DNA from: an uncultured Pseudomonadota bacterium | GTDB taxonomy: Bacteria; Oederibacteriota; Muellerivitia; Muellerivitales; Muellerivitaceae | NCBI GenBank assembly: GCA_963770835.1 | Contig: CAVYRH010000003.1 | Coordinates: forward strand, 288,001 to 352,000 | Direction of reading: 5' to 3' | Length of the DNA stretch: 64,000 nt | Shown: positions 1 through 9,763 of the stretch, piece by piece | How the letters are laid out: every line of letters begins with the position of its first letter | Position numbering within the stretch: the stretch's first letter is position 1 | The notes under the pieces: model-generated | What the model saw: only the letters and a program-made list of their open reading frames with translations | What the model was told of the DNA's origin: nothing | The model's database searches: none | Position numbers and translations under genes: made by a program

Positions 1-2
1 GC

Positions 3-803
3 CTGGCGGAGGACACCCTGAAAAGGTTCCGCCGCAGCGTACGGGAACCCTACGGCATGGTGCTCATCACCGGCCCCACAGGCAGCGGCAAGACCACCAC
101 CCTTTATGCCGCCTTGGGCGAGATCAATACGGGCGAGGAAAAAATCATCACCATCGAGGACCCGGTGGAATACCAGTTGAACGGCGTGGTGCAGGTGCCG
201 GTGAACGAGAAGAAGGGCCTGACCTTCGCGCGGGGCCTGCGCTCGATCCTGCGGCACGACCCGGACAAGATCATGGTGGGGGAAATCCGCGACATGGAGA
301 CGGCCCAGATTGCGGTGCAATCGGCCCTCACCGGGCACCTGGTGTTTACCACGGTTCACGCCAACAACGCTTGCGACGTCATCGGCCGTTTCAGCCACAT
401 GGGCGTCAACCTCTACAGCTTCGTGTCGGCCTTGAACTGCGTCATGGCCCAGCGGCTGGTGCGGGTGATCTGCCCCCAATGCCGGAAAAAGGACAAGGTG
501 GACAAGGACCTTTTGGCCGTTTCCGGGCTGGACACAAAGGAATACGGCGGCCATCCCTTCTTCGCGGGTGAAGGTTGCGGGCATTGCGGAGGAACGGGGT
601 ACCGGGGCAGGCGGGCTGTGGCCGAATTCCTGGCCCTGACGCCCCGAATCCGCAAGCTGATCGTCGACCAGGCGCCCGTGGACGAGCTCCAGGCCGCTGC
701 CGTGGCCGAGGGCATGGTGACCCTACGCCAAGCCGCGTTGGAAAAGGCCCTGGCGGGGGAGACGACCCTTAAGGAAATCAACCGGGTGACCTTTGTGGAG
801 TAG
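3..803 (+). CDS. GspE/PilB-family secretion ATPase (5' truncated by window edge)
   Basis: Frame is open from position 3 (LAEDTLKRFRRSVREPYGM). Walker A GPTGSGKT, ITIEDPVEY Asp box, LRHDPDKIMVGEIRD Walker B, TGHLVFTTVH His box, CPQC/CGHC zinc motif. Confidence 0.95.
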   Translation: MAEDTLKRFRRSVREPYGMVLITGPTGSGKTTTLYAALGEINTGEEKIITIEDPVEYQLNGVVQVPVNEKKGLTFARGLRSILRHDPDKIMVGEIRDMETAQIAVQSALTGHLVFTTVHANNACDVIGRFSHMGVNLYSFVSALNCVMAQRLVRVICPQCRKKDKVDKDLLAVSGLDTKEYGGHPFFAGEGCGHCGGTGYRGRRAVAEFLALTPRIRKLIVDQAPVDELQAAAVAEGMVTLRQAALEKALAGETTLKEINRVTFVE

Positions 804-857
804 GACACCGGCCCCCCGCAAGGGACCGGCGATTATTTTTAAGCGAAAGAATGAAAA

Positions 858-1820
858 ATGGGGATCCTGAAAAACCCGACCCTCCAAAAGGCTGTGGACT
901 TTTTCCGTCCTTTACCCGGGGAAACAACCTGTTTAGGGATTGCCCTGGGTCGGCAAGAGGTGAGCGTGGTGGAGACCTTGGAGTCCCCGGATAAAATTCA
1001 AATCCGTTACTCGGAAAGTTTCCCCTTGCCCGTTTCGTTTTGGGTCGGGACACCCCAACTGGAGGCGCTTCCGGTCCTCACCTCGGTTTTAATCCCGTTT
1101 TTCCAAAACAATGAAAACTACCGGACGGTCCAGGTATCCCTGCCGGACGCGGCGGCGCAGTGGGAAGTTTTTGAATTAGGGAAGGTTCCCGCCGCCGGAA
1201 ATTTCCTGGATAAATTCCTAGACTGGCGATTCAATCCCAACGGTTCCCAAGCCGATCCCCTCGCTTTTACAAGCCAATTCCTGGGTGAGGAAGAAGGGAA
1301 AAAGCTGCTTTTGGGAGTGGCCCTTAACCAAGCCTGGCTTGAGTTGGTTCGCAAGGCTTTTGAGGCAGCCGGGGGAAGAGTTTCCGTCCTGGATGTGGCC
1401 TCCCGGTTCCGGTTCAACCTGTTCCATGCGACCTTTCTCCCAAAAGGCCCGGGCGCCCTGGTCAGCCTCGAACGGGATTATTGGACCCTTTTGATTTGGG
1501 ACCGCCAGACCCGCCCCCGGTTTCACCGCTCCAAATGGTGGAGGGAGCAAGTCCAGGGACCCAAGGACATCCCCCTGGACGAGATGGTGTTGGAAGTGGA
1601 AAGGACCATCCGTTCCTACGTGCATTCGGGCCCGGAGAGGTCCGTGGAGAGTCTGTTTCTCCTGGCGCCGGAATCCTGGCAGGACCAAGCCCTGAAGGCC
1701 TTCCAACAACCAACCGAAGGCAGGATCACCGGCCTTTCACTGGAGCCGTTCTTTAAGATTCACGGTCCCTCAAACCACAGCTTTTCACCCTCCCTCGCGG
1801 CCACAGCGGTGCGGCAATGA
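858..1820 (+). CDS. PilM/GspL-like cytoplasmic platform protein
   Basis: Lies between the ATPase and PilN/PilO-like genes. Actin-fold-like segments (VQVSLPD, FEAAGGRVSVLDV, EVERTIRSY). No TM helix. Confidence 0.6.
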   Translation: MGILKNPTLQKAVDFFRPLPGETTCLGIALGRQEVSVVETLESPDKIQIRYSESFPLPVSFWVGTPQLEALPVLTSVLIPFFQNNENYRTVQVSLPDAAAQWEVFELGKVPAAGNFLDKFLDWRFNPNGSQADPLAFTSQFLGEEEGKKLLLGVALNQAWLELVRKAFEAAGGRVSVLDVASRFRFNLFHATFLPKGPGALVSLERDYWTLLIWDRQTRPRFHRSKWWREQVQGPKDIPLDEMVLEVERTIRSYVHSGPERSVESLFLLAPESWQDQALKAFQQPTEGRITGLSLEPFFKIHGPSNHSFSPSLAATAVRQ

Positions 1821-2362
1821 GGATTGGAACGAACTTTTCCTTTCCCTTCGACCGGGGCCTGCCGGTGCTTATCGGGCTGGGATGGGGAGCGGCGCTTTTG
1901 AGCCTCGCGCTGGCGGTTGGCCTGGTCCTGGACGGAATCCGGTTGCGCGGAGAAAACCCGGCGCTCCAAAAAAAGGTGGCCGAACTGAGGATGGAGCCCG
2001 TTCCAGCCGGCTCCTCGCCCGCCTTGCCCTCGGCGGGGGACCTGTTCGAATTGCGCCGCCGCCTGGGGGAACTGAACGGCCTGGAGGCCGGGGGCGGCCC
2101 CTCGGTGGCCGGACTCTTGACGCGAATGGAAAAAATGACACCGCCGGGAGTGCGCCTGCTCAGTTTCCAAGACGACCGGGACAGCGGGGGCGTCCAATTG
2201 GTGGCGGAAGCCCTGAACCTGGATGACTTGTCCCATTTTTTGGAAACGTTGGAAAAGTCCAATGACTTTTCCCGCGTGAACCTGGCCAAGCAGACCCAGG
2301 CCCAGGATGGGTCAGGCAATTGGATCCAATTTTCAGTGGACCTGATGGAGGCCCCTCCATGA
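1817..2362 (+). CDS. PilN-like assembly protein
   Basis: N-terminal TM, then LLTRMEKMTPPGVRLLSF...FLETLEKSNDFSRVNL typical of PilN. ATGA overlap with the upstream gene. Confidence 0.75.
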   Translation: MRIGTNFSFPFDRGLPVLIGLGWGAALLSLALAVGLVLDGIRLRGENPALQKKVAELRMEPVPAGSSPALPSAGDLFELRRRLGELNGLEAGGGPSVAGLLTRMEKMTPPGVRLLSFQDDRDSGGVQLVAEALNLDDLSHFLETLEKSNDFSRVNLAKQTQAQDGSGNWIQFSVDLMEAPP

Positions 2363-2934
2363 TCCCCTTCCGGCCGCTGGGTGGATTCATCCTGGATGCC
2401 TGGAAACATCCCAAGGTTCGCCGGGCCGCTTGGGCCGCCTTGGCCTTTGCCTTGGTGGATTTCTTGATTCTGGCCGCTTTTTGGATGCCAGCGGCCTGGG
2501 GCCACCACCGGCTGAAAAACGCCATTGACGATTACCGGTCCGCCAAGCTGGAGGCCGCCCATGCCAAGGAAACGGTCGAGTCCTATGACAGGCTTTCTCG
2601 CCTGTCCCAAACCCTTGAAACGAAATGGAAGACCCCCGTGACCCAATCCGGCCTGGTGGAATCCTTGACCCGTTCGGCCGCCAAGTACCGGCTGAAGGTG
2701 TTATCGCAGGACTTCGAGGTGAAAAGCCTTGCCGGGAGCGGCACGGCCTTCGAGCAAAACCTGTCCCTCTCCGGCGACTATACCTCCCTGCGCCGGTTCC
2801 TGGACGGGTTGGAGGACCTGCCGACGCTGACGGTGGTTCGCCAGGCAAGGCTGGACCGGGAGGGAGGGGCAGGCGGAAGGGTCCGGGCCACCCTGCTTCT
2901 TTTGACCTACCAGAAAAACCAGGGAGGGGTATGA
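2359..2934 (+). CDS. PilO/GspM-like assembly protein
   Basis: TM plus coiled coil plus LSGDYTSLRRFLDGLEDLP (PilO-type GxYxxLxxFLxxLE). Start set at the ATGA overlap at 2359. Confidence 0.75.
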   Translation: MIPFRPLGGFILDAWKHPKVRRAAWAALAFALVDFLILAAFWMPAAWGHHRLKNAIDDYRSAKLEAAHAKETVESYDRLSRLSQTLETKWKTPVTQSGLVESLTRSAAKYRLKVLSQDFEVKSLAGSGTAFEQNLSLSGDYTSLRRFLDGLEDLPTLTVVRQARLDREGGAGGRVRATLLLLTYQKNQGGV

Positions 2935-3509
2935 CCATGTTTCGAAAAAACCCCGTTCTTTGGATTTCGGTGGTCGGACTCCTGGTTTTGTTGAACCTGT
3001 TCCATTGGGCGCCTTCCTTGTGGAAGGGGAAAATCGCGCCAGGCCGGGAGGCCGCGGGATGGATGCGCTTGGATTTCCCCGAGCCGCTGGAGAAGGGGGA
3101 CCAAAAGGTGGTGAGAGATTTGTTCGCCCTGGGCTCCAGGCCTTTGGAAAGCAACCGGGTGAGACGGGTCGCGCGGGCGGCGCCGGTTCCGACCCCCGCT
3201 GCGAGCCCCACGCCCTCCTTTCCGGACGGGTCGATTTTGGAAGCGGCCGGCGGCTACAGGCTGATGGGGGTGGTCTCCCGGGAGAATTCCAGCCAAGCCT
3301 TGATCGGGAAGGGAACCCAGTTGTTCCAGGTTGGCCCCGGGGACAGCCTGGAGGACCGCTACCAGGTCCAGTCCATCACGGAAAATGAAGTTTATTTGAC
3401 GGAAAAGCAAACAGGGAATACCCTGAAGCTCCGAATTTGGGATTCGACGGCTGCCGCTATTCCGGCCTCCCAGGCCAACGAGGGGACAAGTTTTCATGAA
3501 CACGACTGA
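2931..3509 (+). CDS. PilP/GspC-like periplasmic connector
   Basis: TM, RDLF motif, Pro-rich linker, then YRLMGVV...VGPGDSLEDRYQVQSITENEV beta domain. ATGA overlap at 2931. Confidence 0.6.
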   Translation: MTMFRKNPVLWISVVGLLVLLNLFHWAPSLWKGKIAPGREAAGWMRLDFPEPLEKGDQKVVRDLFALGSRPLESNRVRRVARAAPVPTPAASPTPSFPDGSILEAAGGYRLMGVVSRENSSQALIGKGTQLFQVGPGDSLEDRYQVQSITENEVYLTEKQTGNTLKLRIWDSTAAAIPASQANEGTSFHEHD

Positions 3510-5823
3510 TCCAAGGGGGAGCCGGTGTTTATCCGTGGCTAAGAGGGAAATTTTCTATCCAGGGCGGTGGGCCGGGCTACTGCTTGTGGGGCTGGCTCTG
3601 GCCGCCGGCTGTTCGTCCCTTCCAAAGCCCGAGAACCACGCAAGTAAGAGCGAGTGGATGAAGGCCGTGCAGGAATACCGCCGCCAATACTCCGACCATC
3701 CTGCCGATTACGAGATCAGGATGAGGTTGGAGGAGGCTGAATTGAACGCCGCGGAGGCCTTCTACGACGACGGGATGGCCCTGGAGGAACAGGGCTCGCT
3801 GGACGACGCCATTTACCAGTTCCGGGAGGGGCTTTCGGCCATGCCCGACAACGAGAAGGTGGCCAATGCCCTCAAAAACGCCTTGGAGCAGAAGGAAGCC
3901 AACACCTTCTACCAACAGGCGGTGGAACTGGACAAGGCGGGTAAGGAGGATGACGCCAAGAACTTGCTGACCCAGGCCTTGGAGGCGGACCCGGACCACG
4001 AGGGCGCCAAGGCCCTTTTGGAAAAGATCAAGGCCGAGTCGCCTGAGACCACCGGCGGCCTGGTGTTCTCCTCCCGTGAGCCCGTTTCCCTCCACTTCAA
4101 CCATACCGACCTCAAGGCGGCCTTCGATTTCATCGGGAAAAGCTTCGGCATCAACATCCTGTTCGACGGGGACCTGAAAGGGCAAAATGTGACCCTCTCG
4201 GTGGAAAACGTGACTTTCGAGCAGGCCCTGGAACTGATCCTCCGCACCACCCAGACCTTCTACAAACCCGTGGGGCCCAACACCATACTGGTGTCGGACG
4301 ACAGCCCGGAAAAGCACGCCCAATACGACGACCTTCTCATCAAGGACATCCAGCTCAATACGGTCCGGGCCTCTGACATGGCGAACCTCCTGAAAAGCAT
4401 CATCGACCTGAAGCACATGGTCGTGAACGAGCAGTTGAACACCCTCACGATCCGCGATACGGCGGACAAGCTGAAACTGGCCCAGGAGATCATCGCGGCC
4501 AACGACCGCCCGCCCGCCGAGGTGCTTTTGGACGTGGAAATTCTGGAAGTGGACCGCACCAAGGCCGAGCAATTGGGCATGGATTACGGGCAATCCTTGC
4601 AGTTCACTTTCGCCCCTCAGACCTCCTTCTCCGACCTCAGCTCGAGCAACATCGCCAACACGCTTAACCAGGTCAGTTTCACCCTGCCAGCGGTCACCCT
4701 GAATTACTTCAAGCAGGACGTGGACGCCAAGACCCTGGCCCATCCCCAGATCCGCACCCTGGACAACAAGGAGGCCAAAATCCACATCGGCGATCGGGTG
4801 CCCCTGCCCTCGGCGGTTATCCAGCAGACCACGGGCCAGGTCCAGACCACCTACAACTACAGCGACATCGGGGTTTTGTTGGACATCCTGCCGGTCATCA
4901 ACCTGGACCGCACTGTCCAGGTGAAGCTCTCCCTGGAAGTCAGCTCCCTGGGACCCAACCTGGGCACGACGGACAATCCCGCCTATGAGATTGGGACGAG
5001 GGACGCGGACAGCACGATGCTTCTACACGACGGGGAATCGGCCATCCTGGGAGGGCTCATCCAGGACAATGACTCCAAGACCCACAACCACCTGCCCATC
5101 ATCGGGGATTTCCCCATCCTGGGCGATTTCCTGGCGGGAAACGTGAACAACTCGGATAGCCGGACGGATATCCTTTTGACCATTACCCCCCATATCGTGC
5201 GGGATTGGAATTTCCCCCATAAGGAACTGCAGGAAATCTATTCCGGGACCCAGAACAACCTGTCAAGCAAGCCCCTTTTCAACCTTTTTCAAAAGGGAGC
5301 CCAAGGCTCCAAGTCACCCAAGATCGCCCTAGGCGCCCCCGGCAACGAGGCCAGCCCGGCGACGCCAGAGGGGACTCCTACCCTGCCCTTCCAGGGGACC
5401 AACACGGGGTTGCCGACGGCCAGTAGCGGGGTGGTCTTTTCCTTTGACCAGCCCCAATACGCGGCCGACCTGGGGCAGCCGGTTGAGCTGAAACTGTATG
5501 GGGAAAACCTCGGCAAGCTCAAGACCTTCCCCCTGGCCGTGGCTTTCAACGCCAGTTACCTGAAATTCGCCTCCGCGGCCCCGGGCTCTCCGGCGGTGGA
5601 GAAGGTCGAAACAGACTCGGATGAAAAACACGGCATGGTCCGGATGTACGTGACCTTAAAGTCCGATCAGCCCGCCACGGGTCCCACCGAGTTGGCCGAT
5701 CTCAAGCTCAACGGATACACTCCTGGTATTTCGTATTTGATCTTCCTCAATCCAACGTTTAAGGACGAGAATGGAAACGACGTGCAAGCGCAGGCCCATG
5801 CCTCCCGCATCGTGGTCAAGTAA
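3496..5823 (+). CDS. gspD: Secretin (GspD/PilQ family) lipoprotein with N-terminal TPRs and C-terminal cohesin-like domain
   Basis: Lipobox LAAGC, TPR helices, EVLLDVEILEV, TLAHPQIRTLDNKEAKIHIGDRVP, LHDGESAILGGLI, TDILLTITPHIV. Tail has a cohesin-like LAVAFNASYLKF segment. Confidence 0.92.
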   Translation: MNTTDPRGSRCLSVAKREIFYPGRWAGLLLVGLALAAGCSSLPKPENHASKSEWMKAVQEYRRQYSDHPADYEIRMRLEEAELNAAEAFYDDGMALEEQGSLDDAIYQFREGLSAMPDNEKVANALKNALEQKEANTFYQQAVELDKAGKEDDAKNLLTQALEADPDHEGAKALLEKIKAESPETTGGLVFSSREPVSLHFNHTDLKAAFDFIGKSFGINILFDGDLKGQNVTLSVENVTFEQALELILRTTQTFYKPVGPNTILVSDDSPEKHAQYDDLLIKDIQLNTVRASDMANLLKSIIDLKHMVVNEQLNTLTIRDTADKLKLAQEIIAANDRPPAEVLLDVEILEVDRTKAEQLGMDYGQSLQFTFAPQTSFSDLSSSNIANTLNQVSFTLPAVTLNYFKQDVDAKTLAHPQIRTLDNKEAKIHIGDRVPLPSAVIQQTTGQVQTTYNYSDIGVLLDILPVINLDRTVQVKLSLEVSSLGPNLGTTDNPAYEIGTRDADSTMLLHDGESAILGGLIQDNDSKTHNHLPIIGDFPILGDFLAGNVNNSDSRTDILLTITPHIVRDWNFPHKELQEIYSGTQNNLSSKPLFNLFQKGAQGSKSPKIALGAPGNEASPATPEGTPTLPFQGTNTGLPTASSGVVFSFDQPQYAADLGQPVELKLYGENLGKLKTFPLAVAFNASYLKFASAAPGSPAVEKVETDSDEKHGMVRMYVTLKSDQPATGPTELADLKLNGYTPGISYLIFLNPTFKDENGNDVQAQAHASRIVVK

Positions 5824-6313
5824 AAAGACGCGTCTTCTTAACGATCAGGGTTTCAGCCTGGTGGAAATGCTGGTGGTCCTGGCCATTCTGGCCATCCTGG
5901 CCGCCGTCACCCTGCCTTATGCCGAAACTACGGTCCGGCGGGACAAGGAACTGGAGTTGCGCCGGGATTTGAGGCAGATGCGCACCGCCATCGACCAGTT
6001 CCACGACGACTGGCAAAGTGGTGTCCTCCCTAAATTGGGAACGGGGACCAGCGACGACGGTTTTCCAAAAAACCTGGAGGTTTTGGTGGAAGGCGTGGAA
6101 CAAAACGGACCCAGGCCGGTTAAGAAAAAATACTTGCGGCGGGTACCTGAAAACCCTTTCGGTGATAAGGAACTGCCGCCGGACCAGCAATGGGGGCTCC
6201 GAAGCTACGCTGACCAGCCGAACTCCAGTTTCTGGGGCGGACAGGATGTTTACGACGTTTACTGCTCCGGGGATGGGAAGGCCTTGGACGGGAGCTTTTA
6301 CCATGACTGGTGA
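5798..6313 (+). CDS. Type II secretion pseudopilin (PulG-like)
   Basis: Prepilin site QG|FSLVEMLVVLAIL. KELELRRDLRQMRTAID and KKYLRRVPENPF. Start uncertain (5771 or 5798). Confidence 0.88.
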   Translation: MPPASWSSKKTRLLNDQGFSLVEMLVVLAILAILAAVTLPYAETTVRRDKELELRRDLRQMRTAIDQFHDDWQSGVLPKLGTGTSDDGFPKNLEVLVEGVEQNGPRPVKKKYLRRVPENPFGDKELPPDQQWGLRSYADQPNSSFWGGQDVYDVYCSGDGKALDGSFYHDW

Positions 6314-6704
6314 CCGGAAAAGGCCGGGTCTTTCGGAGGAGGGCTTCACCTTCATTGAATTGTTGATCGTCCTGGCCATCATGGCCCTTTTGGCGAGCCT
6401 GGTGGTTTCGGTGTCGATGGGAAAGATCCGGCAGTCTAAGGAATCGGCCCTGAAGGAGGACCTTCACCAACTGCGGAAGGCCTTGGATGATTTTTACGCG
6501 GATAAAGGGAAATACCCCATAAAATTACAAGACCTGGTGGACAAACATTACCTCCGCTCGATTCCCGTGGACCCCTTGACTGATAGCGACGACACTTGGC
6601 AGACGGTGATTTCCCAAGACCCAGCCCAAAAGGAAGGGATCGTGGATATCCACAGCGGATCGGAGGAAAAGACAAGTGATGGAAAACCTTACAACGAGTG
6701 GTGA
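6303..6704 (+). CDS. Type II secretion pseudopilin (PulG-like)
   Basis: EG|FTFIELLIVLAI, KESALKEDLHQLRKALDDFYADKGKYP, YLRSIPVDPLT. Confidence 0.9.
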   Translation: MTGDRKRPGLSEEGFTFIELLIVLAIMALLASLVVSVSMGKIRQSKESALKEDLHQLRKALDDFYADKGKYPIKLQDLVDKHYLRSIPVDPLTDSDDTWQTVISQDPAQKEGIVDIHSGSEEKTSDGKPYNEW

Positions 6705-7206
6705 GCGGGAAAAGGTTTTGAAATTCAACTTTCCGGCATTCAACCCGAGGCGGAACCGCCGGGGACTCAGGCCCTTGTCCCAATCGGGGTTCACCCTGAT
6801 TGAGCTTTTGATTGTCTTGGTCATCCTGTCCCTTTTGGCGGCGCTCGTGGGACCCGCCCTGGTGGAACGCCTGAAACCCGCCAAAAGGACGGCTGCCCGG
6901 GCCCAAATCGAGGAGTTCATGGCCGCATTGGACAATTATTACGTGGATGTGGGTCGCTACCCCACCACCGAAGAAGGGCTGCAGGCTCTACGTGAAAAAC
7001 CCGCTTCCGCGAAGAAATGGGACGGACCCTATCTGAAAAAAGAAGTCCCCGCAGACCCTTGGGGAAACCCCTATATCTACCGATCGCCTGGCCATAATGG
7101 TGGATACGAGATCGTTTCCTACGGCGCCGACGGAAAAGAAGGAGGGGAAGGGGAGAACGCCGACATCAACAGCTGGGAAACGGGGCCACCAAAGGCTGCC
7201 AAGTGA
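6679..7206 (+). CDS. gspG: Major pseudopilin GspG
   Basis: SG|FTLIELLIVL, LDNYYVDVGRYPTTEEGLQAL, WDGPYLKKEVPADPWGNPYIY, SYGADGKEGGEGENADINSW. Confidence 0.93.
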   Translation: MENLTTSGEREKVLKFNFPAFNPRRNRRGLRPLSQSGFTLIELLIVLVILSLLAALVGPALVERLKPAKRTAARAQIEEFMAALDNYYVDVGRYPTTEEGLQALREKPASAKKWDGPYLKKEVPADPWGNPYIYRSPGHNGGYEIVSYGADGKEGGEGENADINSWETGPPKAAK

Positions 7207-7751
7207 AATCCCTTCGGCGGGGACCCGAGGACCGTTTAAGGGTGGTGGGCCTGGAAAACCAGGGCGGCTACGCCTACGTCATGGTAATCGCGGCCGCGGC
7301 GGTTCTCGCCATCTTGGCCGCGATCGCCGCCGTGCTGACGTCTTATGAGGTCCGGCACGAAAAGGAGATGGAACTTTTGTTCCGGGGCTTGGCCTATGAG
7401 AAAGCTATTGGGGCCTATTACCGGGCCGGGCCAGCCGGGCAAACCCATAGCTATCCCCACCAACTGGAGGATCTCCTCTTTGATCCGCGTTTTCCCCGCA
7501 AGCGCTACTTAAGGGCTCTCTACCCTGAACCTTTCGGCTCGGGATGGGCCCTGGTCCGCTCCGCCGACGGCAGCATTACCGGCTTGGCCAGTCAGTGCCA
7601 TGAAAAACCCTTGAAGCAGGACGGCTTTCCCTCGGAGCTCCAAAGTTTCGCCGGGTCCGAGCACTACTCGGACTGGATTTTTCTATACCAACCTAATACG
7701 GCGGGAGGGGGAGCCGTTTCCCAAGGAGCAGTGGCCAATAAAGGCGATTGA
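7203..7751 (+). CDS. Atypical pseudopilin lacking Glu5 (GspK-like/tip component)
   Basis: GG|YAYVMVIAAAAVLAILA (no E5), KEMELLFRG, YPHQLEDLLFDPRFPRKRYLRALYPEP. Last gene of the cluster. Confidence 0.7.
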   Translation: MKSLRRGPEDRLRVVGLENQGGYAYVMVIAAAAVLAILAAIAAVLTSYEVRHEKEMELLFRGLAYEKAIGAYYRAGPAGQTHSYPHQLEDLLFDPRFPRKRYLRALYPEPFGSGWALVRSADGSITGLASQCHEKPLKQDGFPSELQSFAGSEHYSDWIFLYQPNTAGGGAVSQGAVANKGD

Positions 7752-7767
7752 GGTTGGCCCGGCGGCG

Positions 7768-7796
7768 TTGACACCCTTCCGCCCGAACCCTATCAT
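7768..7796 (+). promoter_or_regulatory. Sigma70-type promoter
   Basis: TTGACA (7768-7773), 17-nt spacer, TATCAT (7791-7796), then GGAGG RBS and ATG at 7818. Confidence 0.75.
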
Positions 7797-7817
7797 GATC
7801 CCCCTGGAGGGATTGAA

Positions 7818-8090
7818 ATGCCGACTTACGAGTATAATTGTGAAAAATGTGGGGATTTTGAGGCTTGGCAATCCATTAAGGATAACGCCTTGGCGGTCTG
7901 CCCCACCTGTGGGTCGAAGGTTCAACGTCTCCTTTCGGCGAATGTGGGGTTCATTCTCAAGGGAGCCGGGTTTTACCAAAATGATTACAAAAACCCAAAG
8001 GCTTCTTCGGACTCAAAACCCAAGACGTCCGAGTCCACGGGTCCGGGATGTGGAACCTGTGGCAGCCCCGACCCTTGCCCGAATAACTGA
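7818..8090 (+). CDS. FmdB-family zinc-ribbon protein
   Basis: MPTYEYNCEKCG...CPTCG...FILKGAGFYQNDY; extra C-terminal CGTCGSPDPC. Confidence 0.9.
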   Translation: MPTYEYNCEKCGDFEAWQSIKDNALAVCPTCGSKVQRLLSANVGFILKGAGFYQNDYKNPKASSDSKPKTSESTGPGCGTCGSPDPCPNN

Positions 8091-8163
8091 AATCGTCCGA
8101 GAAAAAAGCTTTTTTATTCGATCCGTAGTTGGCCGCAAAAGGTCAATTTAAGTGAGGTGCTCA

Positions 8164-8346
8164 ATGGCTCCAGGATGGATTGTGGGAATCATCGCGGGAT
8201 ATGTCCTTTTTAACCTCGGACTTTGGAAGTCCGATTCTACTCCCAAGCCCCAAGATACCCTTTGGTCATTGGTCATGCTGGGGGGAACCATCCTGATGTT
8301 CCTTTCCGTCTTGCTTTGGGCCGTTCCGGGATTTTTCAACTCGTAA
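8164..8346 (+). CDS. Small two-TM membrane protein
   Basis: GAGGTG RBS and two hydrophobic helices. Confidence 0.55.
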   Translation: MAPGWIVGIIAGYVLFNLGLWKSDSTPKPQDTLWSLVMLGGTILMFLSVLLWAVPGFFNS

Positions 8347-8414
8347 TTTCAACCTTTGGACATCAGCTATAGTTGAAAAAGCAGCCGTTGGGGCCTTTGG
8401 GAGGCATTGGGGCT

Positions 8415-8762
8415 ATGAAAGAAATGATCACCGAGGAACAGGCGAACCAGATCGTCCTTGCCCTTTCCATTTTGGTGACTCTCGCCAGCCTCGGTTTTGG
8501 TTTTTTCTGGAGCTCTCACGTTGAAAAATCCAAAAGGAAACTTTTCTGGTCGAATATCCTGGTGTCCGCCGTGGTCGGGCCGGTGATTTGGGTCTTTTGG
8601 CAGGTTTATAATTCCATTGAAAATTACTATGGACTGGATTCAGTCAAGGCCCTGGGGATCAATTTTTTGATTGCGGTTGGCCTTGGTGCTTTTTTTTTCA
8701 CCCTGTTTTATTTTGCCCCGTATTGGACCGCCAAAGAAACGGGTTCAAAACGGCGGAAATAA
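8415..8762 (+). CDS. Hypothetical three-TM membrane protein
   Basis: Three hydrophobic segments with a basic C-terminus; GGAGG upstream of ATG 8415. Confidence 0.7.
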   Translation: MKEMITEEQANQIVLALSILVTLASLGFGFFWSSHVEKSKRKLFWSNILVSAVVGPVIWVFWQVYNSIENYYGLDSVKALGINFLIAVGLGAFFFTLFYFAPYWTAKETGSKRRK

Positions 8763-8815
8763 CCCCTCCTTGCAACCAAAAAACAAAGAAAGCAGTCTGA
8801 GCGTCTAAACCACCT

Positions 8816-9697
8816 ATGAGTCCATCCGATCCTTTATCCATCATCAATGAAGTTCGCCGCTTAGAGATTGTCACCCGCGGTGCGGTGGATACCCTTCTTA
8901 AAGGCTCCTACAAAAGCACCTTCCGGGGTCGCGGCCTGGAATTCCACCAGGTAAGGGAGTACAGCCCTGAGGACGATTTCCGTTCCATCGACTGGAATGT
9001 CACGGCCCGGTTGAATTCCCCCTTCGTCAAAACTTATGTTGAAGAGCGGGAATTGCAGATGGTCTTGGCGATGGACTTGTCGGCTTCCCTTTGGCATGGG
9101 ACGGGGCCGATGAGCAAGCGGGAAACGGCCTTGCGGCTTTGCGCGGTATTGGCCTTCGCTGCGGTCCAACACCAGGACCGGGTGGGGCTGTTGATTTTCA
9201 CGGATCGCGTCGAGTATTACATCCCTCCTAAAAGGGGGAAGGCGGCCACCCTCGGCGCCTTGAGGGAGTTAGTCCGTTTTAAACCTGCCGGAAAGAGGAC
9301 CGATTACAAACCCGCTTTCCGGATGCTAACCCAGGTCCTCAAGCGTCGTAGTGTCCTGGTGCTCATCTCGGATTTTACGGAGCCGATACCGATGGAAACG
9401 GCGGCGGTTTTGGCGAGGCGCCACGATTTCATCACGGCGGTGATGGAAGACCCAATGGAAAGGGACTTCCGCCTGCCCGCCCGCCTAGCCGTCCGAGACC
9501 CCGAGACGGGCCGGGTTGGATACCTGTCCCCGTCCTCGAACGAAGTTTTTCGCAAGGCCCACGAGTTCCGTGAGACCCAATTGCGCGCTTTGACGGCCAA
9601 GGGCGCGGACCGGTTCGACCTGAAGGCCGGTGAAAATGTGGTTCCCGTGCTGGTTAAATTCTTCCGAAAGCGCATTGACCGGATGGGAAGACGGTGA
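8816..9697 (+). CDS. DUF58 vWA-like protein (MoxR-associated)
   Basis: FRGRGLEFHQVREY...RSIDWNVTAR...KTYVEERE, DLSAS, QDRVGL, LISDF. Confidence 0.93.
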   Translation: MSPSDPLSIINEVRRLEIVTRGAVDTLLKGSYKSTFRGRGLEFHQVREYSPEDDFRSIDWNVTARLNSPFVKTYVEERELQMVLAMDLSASLWHGTGPMSKRETALRLCAVLAFAAVQHQDRVGLLIFTDRVEYYIPPKRGKAATLGALRELVRFKPAGKRTDYKPAFRMLTQVLKRRSVLVLISDFTEPIPMETAAVLARRHDFITAVMEDPMERDFRLPARLAVRDPETGRVGYLSPSSNEVFRKAHEFRETQLRALTAKGADRFDLKAGENVVPVLVKFFRKRIDRMGRR

Positions 9698-9763
9698 CAA
9701 TCTCGAGGCTTTGGAAACCCCAAGAAAATTCGGTTTCATTGCTCTGAACTTGAAGGGTGTTGA

